A stretch of 64,000 nt of DNA, taken from Lophium mytilinum. Taxonomy: Eukaryota. This document shows, piece after piece, positions 22,581-34,040 of this stretch (positions are counted from its first letter, which is position 1; every line of letters starts with the position of its first letter). Location of the stretch: NCBI GenBank assembly GCA_010093605.1, contig MU004185.1, positions 1,757,334-1,821,333 on the forward strand, read 5' to 3'. The notes beneath the pieces were generated by a model. That model did no database searches. It had not been told where the DNA came from and saw only the letters and a list, made by a program, of their open reading frames with translations. A program made the translations under genes and the position numbers.

Positions 22581-24068
22581 TCACGTGTTGAGTCTGCGTT
22601 TCTTCGGGCTCTGGAACGGCGCGTCGGTCGGCTCGTCCACGTCCTCGGTCTTAGTCTTCGTCTTCGGCTTCACGTCTCCATCCTCTTCGATCTTAGAAGC
22701 TAGAGAGCCATTCTGTCTCTCGGCTAAGACACCGTTTTCATGGTCATTCTCCTCGCCGTTGGCCTCCTGAATGTCCTTGCCGTTGGCCTCGTCAATTCCT
22801 TCGCGGTTGGCGTTGGCATCGATGATGTTTTTGCACAACAGACACTTGATCTCTTCCTCCCAGATCTTCTCCTCCTTTGTATCCTCGGTCCTAGTGCGCA
22901 AGTCCGTGATCCGTACGACCGTTCTGTGGCTTCCAGCAACTACTTCGGCTTTGAAAGACGCTTCCGGGTTCGGGTCGTTTTCGAAGATTCCTGCTGCCAT
23001 TGAGCTCTTTCGCTTACCACGTTGCTTCTTTACATAAGGAATGCCTCTTTCTTTGTGAACAGCTTGAAGAACCTTCTCCTCGATGCAGGGCGCATGAAGC
23101 CATCTGTCGCAGGAGTCGCACTGGATGAGGTCGTGTGAAGGGTTGAAGGGTGTTTTGCAGATGCAGTGTTTGTTGAGCTCCTACAACGATGATATTAGAA
23201 AATCCGAGTAAATTCGATTAGGAGAAAAGGAGTCCATACCGATAGGCCTGGTGTTTTCGACTCATGAAGCAAGTCAAATGTCTGCCGCCAGAACAGTTGG
23301 TCGCCTTCCAGAAGCTCTGACCTATTGTCCTCCTCCATGTAGTGTATCACGTTGGCGCTGTCCTGGACGGTTGTGGCGTCGATAATTTGCATGTCGTTGG
23401 TGGCGATGACCTCGTTTAGACCATGATATGGTCGGCGCCCAGGATATGGCAGATCTTCTGGGCGGTACATCCAGTACACTCGCAGGTAGACATGTTGTTC
23501 GTCGCCAGCACGCACTTCGAGAACCTTTGCAACCCAGCATGAGATGTGTGCATTCTCTCGCCCCGGTTCCGCAGACGGGCGCACGAAGACGAAGTCGTTG
23601 ACTTCAAAGGTTTTGTCGAAGACTGTATAGATGAGGTGTTAGCAGTGCCAGATTGGGACATACACAGATTCGCATACCTGTAAATTTGCGGTACCGACTG
23701 GTATCTTCCCAGTAGTGAGCCGGAGTGACAGAATACACCGTATCGAGCTCTTCCACGTCGAAGGGGCTGATTTGATGGTTGGGCGTCGAGTACAGTGGCT
23801 CGTCACGTTTGCGCTTCTTGGATAGAGGTGGTTCCGGCTGGTCGATCTTGCGCATCTTGATCTTGAAGCCGTCGAAGTTGGGGTCATTTTCTTCGAATTT
23901 CGACCAGTCGGTACGCTCTCGCTCGGGTTCGGGCTCATCCTTCAAAACAGCGGGGGGCGACCGATTTGGGGTCTTGCTGTTGCTATTGCTATTCGTTGGC
24001 TGTGGCGGCGTTGGGGCATGGCTGTTTGACGAGGACGCACGCGGAGTCCTGCTCTTGCGGGGAGGCAT
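22581..24068 (-). CDS. BAH-PHD protein (EPR-1/BP1-like putative H3K27me reader), multi-exon
   Basis: BAH: WVAKVLEVRAGDEQHVYLRVYWMYRPEDLP...GRRPYHG.NEVIATNDMQIIDA. Next exon has PHD-like CICKTPFNPSHDLIQCDSCDRWLHAPC (~23170-23085). Confidence 0.85.
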
Positions 24069-25765
24069 TGAAGCTCAATATATGTGAGGAATGTAGTAGG
24101 GAGATGGCGTATATTGAGCGATATGTCGAGGCGCGTCGCAGCGATGATGGTAGAGCTTGATGGTGATGGCTCGGTGGTTCTGAGGGGGCGGCAAGGGAGG
24201 CGGCTGAGGGGCGGGAAACGCGACAATTCTGGCGCTTTGAAGGAGCTGTATTGTGGGCGCGGCCCGGTGCGCCCTGGATGAGTGTAGTATATGGGTGATG
24301 CGATGGTGGAAGATTCACAATTCACGCGTTTGAGGTGAAGTCGCGGACCCGTATAGGTAGCTCCCCGGTGGGTTGAAGTGGACCGCGCTGCAGAAATGCC
24401 AAGTATTCTTGACGTTACCGGCCCATACGCAAATCGTCCCTAGTCTGCGTAACTTTGCATAAAGGGTGTATGATGACAAACAGGTCACGTGCGATGTAAG
24501 ACATCGCAAACGGATCATGGCACCACCTGGGCAGACGATTCGAGGTCCACTGAACAAGGCGGATGCGGCGGATGCGGTGCAGCAGGACTTGGTCTTCTGC
24601 ATGCAGCGGCACGGCTGGGCTTGCACTTTTGCATTTCTGAAACGCGCTGGGAGCGATGTCTCTCTTCGACGATGCCATGTGCGAAGAGCTTCATAGGATA
24701 GCGTCCCAATTCTGGGCATGCAGGTCCGGGGAGCCATGTTTGAGGTGTGCAGCATCCGGGGAAGCCTGCCTGGCGGACGTCTGTTCCACGGCTCACCACA
24801 GACTAGACTACCTATGCTCGCAACCTATCTTGCTGCGGGCCCTACCGCGTTCCGCCCACGACATAGTGCCGCCCAAGTATTTGATAATGCCCAGTCCGCT
24901 GCCACCCGTAATACGCAGTCCGCTCTCCTTGCGGAGGGGTCCCGCGAGGCTAAGGGGGAAGATCCAGGCCTGGCTGCTGCTAGGGCATCTGTTAGGGCCC
25001 CGAAAGCAGCAAACGATGCTGGAGGTGAGATTGGGATTGCTGTCACGGCACCACACGGGTCCGAAGACACCACTACTGGCTGCTGGGCCTTCAGAAGCCT
25101 CGTCAGCCTCTGACGAGATGTGCTTGGACGTGCTTGGCCGCGAGGGCCGCCAGATCGATTCGCGCCGAGTATCAAAACCTTGGAACACGCCCAAAACTGC
25201 GACCAGATCCGCCTTGTTCCTGCACTCGCTTCCCAGCCCTTTTCCACATAATAACCACATACATACCTGGGTACTGGCCTCGCTGTCGGAGACCTGCATA
25301 CTCGCCCATTGACCCCATTCACCGCGCGCGCCGCTTCCTTTGTCTGGCCGCTCTCTGTCACACCGTGCCCCTGTTGGCGTCTATTTTTACGTGGCGCTCT
25401 CGGTCCCTTTTGTGATCCTGCCGCCGACCCTGCGCGCTTCGTCATCGGCGAGCCCTGCGAAGCCAAAGAATTCGCTCCAGTCTAATAATCAACACCCTCC
25501 TGCTCTCCTCAACAATACCCTCTATCCTCATCTTCGACCTCTCCCGCCCGCGCCATCGCACCGTCGTCCGTCGCCCAGTCACTCGTTTGCACGTCTGTCT
25601 GTTGTTTTGGCCTCCGTGTCGCATCCGTGTCATCCGCCGCTGCTGTGGCTTGCGCGGCTGAATTGACTGCCACTCCAACGGCGAATCCGACCATTCCGCC
25701 CTGTCACTTGCTTCGCCAGGCTGACCACCCAAAACAATTCTCCTTGGCACTGAAACGCCGTCGCC

Positions 25766-28700
25766 ATGCCTCGCGCGAGAGGTACAGCTCTCTCCAACTT
25801 TCTTCTCCACCTCCTCTTTGTTGCCCGTCTCAAGGTCCTCTGCTCTCTGCTAATGCCACATGCCCTCAGTTCTTTCCTTCATGTCCGAATGGGGCGGCAG
25901 CTCTCCCAATAGCCACAAGAAGGCGCCTTCCACGTCTGAGCAGCCCTCGCCGACCCAGACGACGCCGACGCGATCCGATACCACCCCCATTCCGACCTCG
26001 GCCTCTACGACACAACTCGATAATTACACGAGAAACTCGCCGGTTTCCAATCAGCAAACCCGGGAATATCGCTCTGACTCGAGGCCATCCTCGCGGCCCG
26101 TCTCCATGATACAGACATACCAGCCTCCAGTGATGGAGGTCAGTCAAGACACGTTGCCAGAACTGCAGCGCATCTTCACCTTCCTAAACAGCCATTCCAA
26201 CAAGCTATACCAGGAGGGCTATTTTCTCAAATTTCACGACACCGATTATCGTATGTCTACTGGCCCTCGCCATTTTTCGTAGTGCTAATTCTAGCTAGGC
26301 GGTCGGCCCGCGCCGGATCGGAGCTGGCAGGAATGTTTCGCCCAGCTGGTGGGCACTGTGCTGTCCCTATGGGATGCCAGTGAGTTGGACCAAGTTGGCA
26401 CGCAGGGGGATGTGCTGCCTACATTTATCAATCTCACCGATGCCGCAATCACAATGGTACGGGTTTATCTCTAAAGAAAGTATACCCCTGATTCTAATCA
26501 GCCCAGGAACCTGCAATGAAACTCGGGGACGGCAAGATGCTCGACAACATTTTGGCTGTGTCGACAGCTGCGAGCAACAAATACCTGTTCCACTTCAATT
26601 CCTTCAACTCTCTCACCCAATGGACAGCAGGAATCCGCCTTGCCATGTACGAACACACGACTCTCCAAGAAGCTTATACGGGAGCTTTGATCGCTGGCAA
26701 GGGCAAAACTCTCAACAACATTCGAGTAATTCTGCAGCCGACGAAGATCAAGTACGAAGACTGGGCGAGAGTGAGATTTGGTGCAGGAACACCTTGGAGG
26801 CGATGCTGGTGTGTTATAACGCCTCCCGATGAAAAGGATGTCGCAAAGCTCCAGAAAACGCACAAGAAGTCGTATCAGAAACCGCCCGTTCTCAAGGGAG
26901 ACATGAAATTCTACGATTCCAAGAAAATCACCAAGAAGACGAAGCCGATCGCGACCGTGACAGACGCATACGCAGCCTACGCGCTCTACCCCCAATCCAA
27001 GCCTTTGATCGATCAGTCGACTCTCGTCAAGATCGAGGGAAGAATAACGATCCATTCTTCGCAGCCGAGGGTCACTGACGGATTCGTCTTTGTCATGCCT
27101 GAAGCACATGCAGCTGTGTCGGGCTTCGAAATCATGCTGCGATTCTTATTCCCCGTCTTCGACGTTTTTGCTCTTTACGGGCGCCCTCAGAAGTTGGTCT
27201 CTGATGTCCTCGATTCTCGAGGACTGATGTTCGCCATGCCGCCAGACAGACGGTATGGCTACTTAGAGATGTGGGACGTCGTGTCTCTCATACACGCTCA
27301 AGGAAGCAACTCTTGGGGTGAGAGGGAATGGCGAAAACAACTCAAGGAGCTGACTTCAACGCGAATGACGAGTGCGCCCTCGCGTCATCAGAGCCAAACT
27401 AGCAGTCGCCGAAACACAGTTGGCAGAGCGAGCCTCCCACCGTCTCGAAATGGAGGAGTCAAGTTCGATGATGAGGGGTCTGTTCGATCGCAACCGTCCA
27501 CGCGAAGAACCTCGCCGGTTCGGGGTGAGTTTGACAGTCCTCGCCGTGTCGAAACAGCGCCCCCTGTCACCGGCGCCCTCCCACGGCACCGGCGATCCGT
27601 TTCGGAGACACAGGGCTATCGACAGTATCAGGCAGACATGCCCTCTCGGCTCGCTCATGGCGAGAATGCTAACGATGAATTCGATACTCCGCCACCTCCT
27701 CCGGAGCACAAAGTCCTAAATGGACAGAGTGCTTCACAGCAGTACCATGAGCCGTACGATACTGGCTCAGATGGAGAAGAGCGCGGAACTCCGGATGAGC
27801 GCGATCTGCCAGATCTTGGCGCTGCAGCTCCACCGGCTCCTCCGACAGGCCCAGTCGAAACCCCTCCCGCTTTCGCACATGGACCTGGACAGTTACCTCC
27901 TACCAGACCGTATCAGCCTCCAAATATGGTTAAGCCAAATGCTCATATGGATCCCGCTACCCTGCATCAGCTTGCGGATGCCACTCAAACAGCTCTACCG
28001 GCATCGGTCGCGGCTGCTGGTGCGGCGGCCGCCTGGAAAAGCCAGGAGAGCACGAGAAATGACTGGAGGCAAAGCGGAGAGTATGGTAGGCGAAGCGGAG
28101 AGTATGATAGACGTATGGATGGAGGAAACCAGTGGGGCGACGCTAATAGCAGAGGTGCACCAGTCAACCAATCCTACCAGCCAGGATTCAATGGGTCTCC
28201 CAGCAAGAGACTTCCTACGATTCCCGCCTCGCCCTATATTGAGCAATCTGAGCCGTCGCCTCATGCTTCATACTTTGTTCCGTCAGCCCCTCCTGTTCCC
28301 GAACACGGTCAAATGCAAGAATTTGCCGCGTATCCTGGTGAAGCGGAACGACCGTCAAGCGACAGCAGTCATATACATCGTAAACCAGTCCCAAGTCAGT
28401 CTTCAACATCCACGCGAGAGGCTCGTGACAATTTCTCATCGCCAGCAAGCTCAAGTATCGGCAGTTTACGACGCGATGTAATCGACCCAGAGGCGCTCGA
28501 CACCCTCGAATTCACGGAGACTTCTCTAACCAGGAACCAAAGCATGTCTAGCAGCAACTACGACGACGACGCGGCTTCCACCTCGACCACTGACTATGCT
28601 AGCACGATAAGTGAGCAATCTAGGACTCGAAGATTGCCACCGAGACAAGAAAGGCCGCGCAGTGGAGTGCTGCGCACTGTTGGCGACCCTAGCCTCACCA

Positions 28701-29905
28701 AGAAGCCAGATCTGATCGTTGGTGACGCTCATTACGATGCGCAGCCGAAGCAGCAAGAAATATCCACAGATCTTCCAACGGTTGATTTCGGTCCCACGTA
28801 CGCTCTCAACCCAGGTGATGTAAGACGCCCTGGAACAAGCGGCACAATGACCCAAGTCCTCCACGAAGCCTCCAGGTCGCAAGAAAAGCTAGGAGACATC
28901 TCGAGCGACCGAAAACGCGAATCTCTGTTGACTGGAAGGACAAGCCCCGGATTTGTTGGCCACTTCCGTGCGTCTTCCAACTCCCCGGATTTTGCGCTGG
29001 CATCTGAAGCTCGGACAGTAGCGTGGCAGCCAGGTATGGGTGGCAACCACGCGACACATGGCAGTCGAGAGAAACTCGATCCAGAGGACTGGGTTCAACA
29101 GCGTGCGAATGCTGCTTCTCACCCTCGAGCGTCTCCGGTATTTGGCCACAACAGGAACCAGTCTGGTCTTACTCCGCCTACTAGCCGTCAAGTATCGGGC
29201 GACTGGACTAATTTCCAGCCTACGCACCAGAGGACACCTACCGGAGAGTCACTTCCATTCCGTCCGCCCAGCCGTCCGACTAGTCGGCCTCTCAGTCGGC
29301 CACAATCTCGCGGTGCTGGTAGCATGCTGATCTCGGAGAAGCCAGCCCAGCTTTCTGCGCGTGAACAGCAACAAGTGTCCAGGATGACAGGCACGCCTTT
29401 GATCGATTTGTCTCAAAACAACAAGAAAGATCAACGCCCAGCATCGGCTGGCCTGGTTGGCTATGTCAGTCAGCGAGAGGAACAAAAACTGCTCGCCAAG
29501 CAGAATATGACGACTCCAGCCATGCAAGCCGAGATTGACCGGCGTATGAGGCACCAACAGCAGCAACAACAGATGCCCATGCATGCCGCACATGGAAGTT
29601 ACAGTGGCACACCGAGTATCATGGGCATGCCACAACAGAACTTTTCACAGCCCTTCTTCACGCCATCGCCGGCACTCCAGCAGCAGCAGCAGGCCGGATA
29701 CTTCCCACCGCAGGCGCCGATGCAACAAGGCTGGGTGCCACAGCAGCCATCGCCCGGTCAGTATGGCGCAGGCGGCTTCGTTCAGGGGCAACCGCAAGCG
29801 CACACCCCGACGCAGGCCTATGGGGCCAGTTGGGATCAGCAGCAGGCTGCGAGGTCGCAGGGCCGGGCGGGGCCAATCTGGCAAGTGAGAGGAGCCAAGA
29901 AATGA
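25766..29905 (+). CDS. PH-domain protein, Skg3/Caf120-like, with a long disordered C-terminus
   Basis: SNKLYQEGYFLK, ECFAQLVGTVLSLWDA, EDWARVRFGAGTPWRRCWCVI and YALYPQSKPLIDQSTLVKIEG. Start inferred as micro-exon MPRAR (25766) spliced to VLSFMS. Confidence 0.82.
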
Positions 29906-30935
29906 GTGGATGTCGAGTGAACAAAGGTCGATCACACAGATTAGAAAATGGATTAGAGTCTATTGTATAGCGAAAATGAGAGTGTACGAGAGCACGTGAC
30001 GGTTTCCAATCTGGGTTGGTTCGAGTGGGGTGTTTAGGACTGTATATATAGGAATTACAGACTGGGGTGGGCTTTGCATGACTTCAGGCCGGGATTTCCT
30101 TTTGTTGTTGGTCACGGGGGTCTTTTTCTTATCACTCTGCATGTCCATCTCCATGAAACTATCTCTCCTTATCCTGTCAGACTTGTCTATTTCTCCTTTT
30201 CTCTCATACACGCATGTATGATCCGGGGGCATTGGGGGCTTGGGGCTTAGGACTTGGGCATTTTTGTTGGGGAATGCATCTTCCTCGGTGTTTGCATGAG
30301 TGTGGCAGCTTGCTATCTTCATTAGCCTTCTAGAGGGCGAGGGGTCTTTTGGATGGAAGAAGGGATTATGGAGTTTTAATATATGTGGCTTGGGAGCTCT
30401 TTTGCGTCTTTACCTCGAGTCATCGGTGTGTGGCTGCTTACATGAGCCCTGCTGATCTTATCTGGGATTGAGATGCAGGTGTCCGGGCCGTGAAGATGTG
30501 CAGCGTTACACGACATATGGGTCGGGCATCGACGTGCGGGGCCGAGATGATCATACCCGGTCCTGCTGCTTACCACGTCTCCTTTCCGAGAAATGTTTTG
30601 ATAGAGAGGTTGTAGGAGGCGATGTTGCTGACTTGCTACAGAGAGCTGACGAAGGTCATACTATCTACCAGCAGCATTAGAGCAGCTACGGGGCGAGAAC
30701 AGGGGAGCGATATCGTCCAAGATTCCAAGACCGTTCCTTGCAAGCTTCCAAGCCGGAAGAAGTCCACCATGGTTATCTTCTCGTTTCCGTCTCAGCCTTG
30801 TACGACAGAAGCAGGATGGGGCGGGTAGTGAATAAAAAGAGGGGTCTCCCATCCCTCTTCTACCAAACCCTCTTCCCATTCTCTGACTTCTTCCACATTT
30901 CGAAAACACACTTCAAGAACTACTATCTCGCCGAA

Positions 30936-31768
30936 ATGCCCACCCCCGCCATCCTCGTCGTCCGCATCCAAATCCTCGACCCAGCTTTCGACACCTCGAA
31001 AGGCTGGGCGAAATGGACGAAGTTGCACTTCGACGATCTCCTGTCCCTAGGCCCCGCCTCTATCAACTCGACAACGCAGTTCCAGAATCTTAAAGCTGCT
31101 ACTGGAAAAGACGAAGAAGAAGGAGATAAGAAAGTAGTGGAATCTCGCTTCCCCTACTTCAACATCATCGAGTTGGGTAACTTAGACGTGTTGACTAGCA
31201 AACCCTACCTTGCGCTCAGCAGAGCGAAGGATCTGGCGGCGGAGCGGAAGGAGGGGGAGGCGATGATTTGGGATGTGGCGGATGCGCGGTTTGCGGCGTA
31301 TGAGTTGGTTGAGCACAGGAAGGCGGGTGGGGAGGTGGCGGGGGATGCTGTTGCGGGGGCGGAAGTGGGTGAGTGCCCTTCTTCTCTTATACGTGATCCA
31401 GGGTTCGGATTCTGATGTAGACAGAGTCTACTTCTCGCCTCGTCGCCGCGGAGATCTTTAGCTCGCTCGCGCTGGAGGGCGCGGAGGAGAGTTTTGATGC
31501 TTGTGCCAAGGCGTTGAGGGAGCTGGGGACGGAGACGCGGGTGATGTTGAGGGTTGGGAGGTTGTATAAGTTGAGGAATGAGACGCTGAATCCGGTGCCG
31601 GTGCTGGAGTCGGCGCCGTGGTTGGGGCTGTGGGTGGTGGAGGGGGGAGAAGGGTTGAAGGAGGTAGTGGGGAAGATGCCAACGATCAGGTTGGGGGAGG
31701 AGGTGGTGGAGGTGAGGTGGGGGGTTTATGGGGTGGGTCATAAGGCTGGGGAGGGTGCGTTTGTTTAA
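30936..31768 (+). CDS. Hypothetical protein (possibly EthD/dimeric alpha-beta barrel-like), two exons
   Basis: MPTPAILVVRIQILDP...WAKWTKLHFDDLL; GTGAGT donor at ~31369; second exon ends at 31768. Confidence 0.6.
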
Positions 31769-31978
31769 GAGGGTGGTTGAAGGTGTAGGCGCTAGGACAT
31801 GCCCATTTTGGGTCTGCATTTGTCAAAGCATTGGAATGCATTTAGGAGGATTCTATCTGGTAGAGACTAACGACTCTTGCAACTATCGTTTGGGTGATAT
31901 GTAAGCCCTGATCTGACGCAAGCTTGATGGTCACGTGCTGACATCTGGCGCATGGACCAACTCTATTATGGACGTCCC

Positions 31979-33421
31979 CACGCGGGGGACAAAAAAAGCT
32001 GGACACCAAGCGATGCGCTAAGCACAGCCCCCCACTAAATTTTGGCCTGCCCCTGATGCCTCACAGCACCACCATAATACATTCACTTATTTAACATGGC
32101 CTAAAAGCGAGCTAACGCTTCTAATAATAATTAGGAGACACCTATAAAAGCTAAGGTTTAAGAAGCTATTAAATTCCTTAAAGTAAAAGGTATAAAAGGC
32201 TAGAAAGAGAAGGTTTTTAGGTATTTTAAAGTCTCCTATTCTAAGGGCTATAAGATACTCTTAGGTTACCTAAGAAGGCACTATAATAACCTAGAAGTAG
32301 AAGAGAATTAAGGCTAGTACTAGCTAATAGGCTCTAAGGAGTTAAAGACTATAGAAGGCCTTCTAAAAGAGTATAGTTTCTTAGTAAGAGTATTTACCTA
32401 GAAGTAGCTAGCCTATAAGGCCGGCATTATAGATACCTATAGAGATTCTATTTCTAGCTAAACTATCTAGTATATAATAGGGAGAATAGACTATTATAAG
32501 TATATTACTTATAAGAAAGAATAGATTAATTAGCGCACGGCTAATTACTAGAAGAAGTATATAAAGGTAATACTTAAAAGGTATTCTAAGCTAGAGAATT
32601 AGTAGAAGGTTTAATTCTCTAATAAGGTATATTAGAGTATTAGGCTATAAGGTATATTTACCTTTTCTTCTTCTTCTTCTAATTCTAATGCCCTTAGGCA
32701 AGCTTTAAATTATTAGAAAACTAGATAAATACTACTATTTAGATTGCATTTAAGAGATAGATAATTAGTAGGTAGAGAATACTTAAAAATAGCTATATTC
32801 TTAGGCTACTGCCGGCTATAACTTTATATCTCTATTATATTTCTATAATATTCTAAGTAATTTAAATAGAAAGATAATACTTATTAGGTATATTAATATT
32901 CTTAATACTATAGTTAAGCTATAGCTAGATGCTAAGGAGAACTTTATACTTAAAGAGGATAATAATAGAGGGTATAGTATAGATAAGAAGAATATTATTT
33001 AGACCTAGAAAGAATAGTATAGCTTAAAGTACTATTTTAACTACTATAATTTACTAGATCTAGCCTCTATTAAGAACTACTAGTAGCCTCTAAAGTAGTA
33101 TATTAAGAAGTTCCCTTACTAGGATAAGAATACTATAAGAGAATTAGCCTAAAAAGAATAGAATAAAGTAAGAAGAGACTATAAGTTTATTAATAAGCGG
33201 GTGGATAGTATACTAGAAAGGCTATAGATAGTACTTAATAGGGATAGTTAGCTAATAGAATACTAGCTAGTAAATGTATTTTAATCCCCTATTAATTCCT
33301 AAGTAATACTAGCGTGCTCTAGGTATTTAAAAGTGGTGGTGGCCTTATATAAATTAATGGTGGTGGCCATTTAGTGGTCGCGGCGTAATTTCGGTGTCCA
33401 GCTTTTTTTGTCCCCCGCGTG
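31979..33421 (+). mobile_element. RIP-inactivated IS630/Tc1-mariner-type DNA transposon (D,D37E), 1443 bp
   Basis: Perfect 29-bp TIRs CACGCGGGGGACAAAAAAAGCTGGACACC (31979-32007 and 33393-33421), flanked on both sides by GTCCC. The interior is AT-rich, TpA-rich and CpA/TpG-depleted. Confidence 0.93.
32096..33266 (+). pseudogene. Transposase relic with many RIP-type stop codons
   Basis: Reverting C>T/G>A by eye gives ...RFSDEVHW...FVLEEDGD.GHG...SPDLAPIENCWQ..., with 37 codons between the second D and the E. Probable intron at ~32652-32697. Confidence 0.85.
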
Positions 33422-34040
33422 GTCCCTTACTCTAGCCCTTCCGAAGTCAAGGCATCCATTGCCTTCAACCCCAATACAAGGCCCCTATACATGCCAATAT
33501 TTTCAGTCTCCTGTAGGCTGTGTTAACTACGCATTTCAGCACAGCCCGCTCTTCGATGAGAAATGATCGCCTTCGGAGGCTCTACTTCCAGGCAACTTCC
33601 TTATGGTGAAGAAGACGTTCTCGCGACTGATATAACGTTCCCAGCCCTCGCAGATCTTGTAAGGAAGTTTTATCAATGCTAGACATTCAAGATAAAAGAG
33701 CAACCTATCTACACCTATTGAAGTCTTTCTTACTGCCGCAATAAGGTAGGCTTGATCCCTCTGCTCTGCGGGGTTGCGGGGAAAAGGCTAGACGGCGTCT
33801 TCGCAGCCATTCTGGCTGCGCCTGCAGGTCAGGTTCATGCAGCGTGGTATTGCTGAGAGAGCTCATCGGCGATTCCGATTACTGCAGCCTAAGTCTCTTG
33901 GCGAAAAGGGCAGCGGGGCAGCGCAATAGAGCCGTCACTTCTAGTGCTTTTGGTATGTGCTGGTTAAAACCGTGATATAGTAGAAAGCCTTCTTGGTCAT
34001 ATCTTGCTCTTCCTCTGAACTTGTCGGTAAAATAGCTTCC

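Noticed and set aside
24300..25760. 200+-aa ORFs between the BAH-PHD and PH genes
   Set aside because: Divergent promoter/5' UTR region with overlapping low-complexity ORFs in several frames and no recognisable motifs.
31979..32007. True Transib/RAG-like element based on RSS-like TIRs
   Set aside because: The relic protein has Tc1/IS630-type motifs and is far shorter than a Transib transposase. The end structure is kept only as an anomaly.
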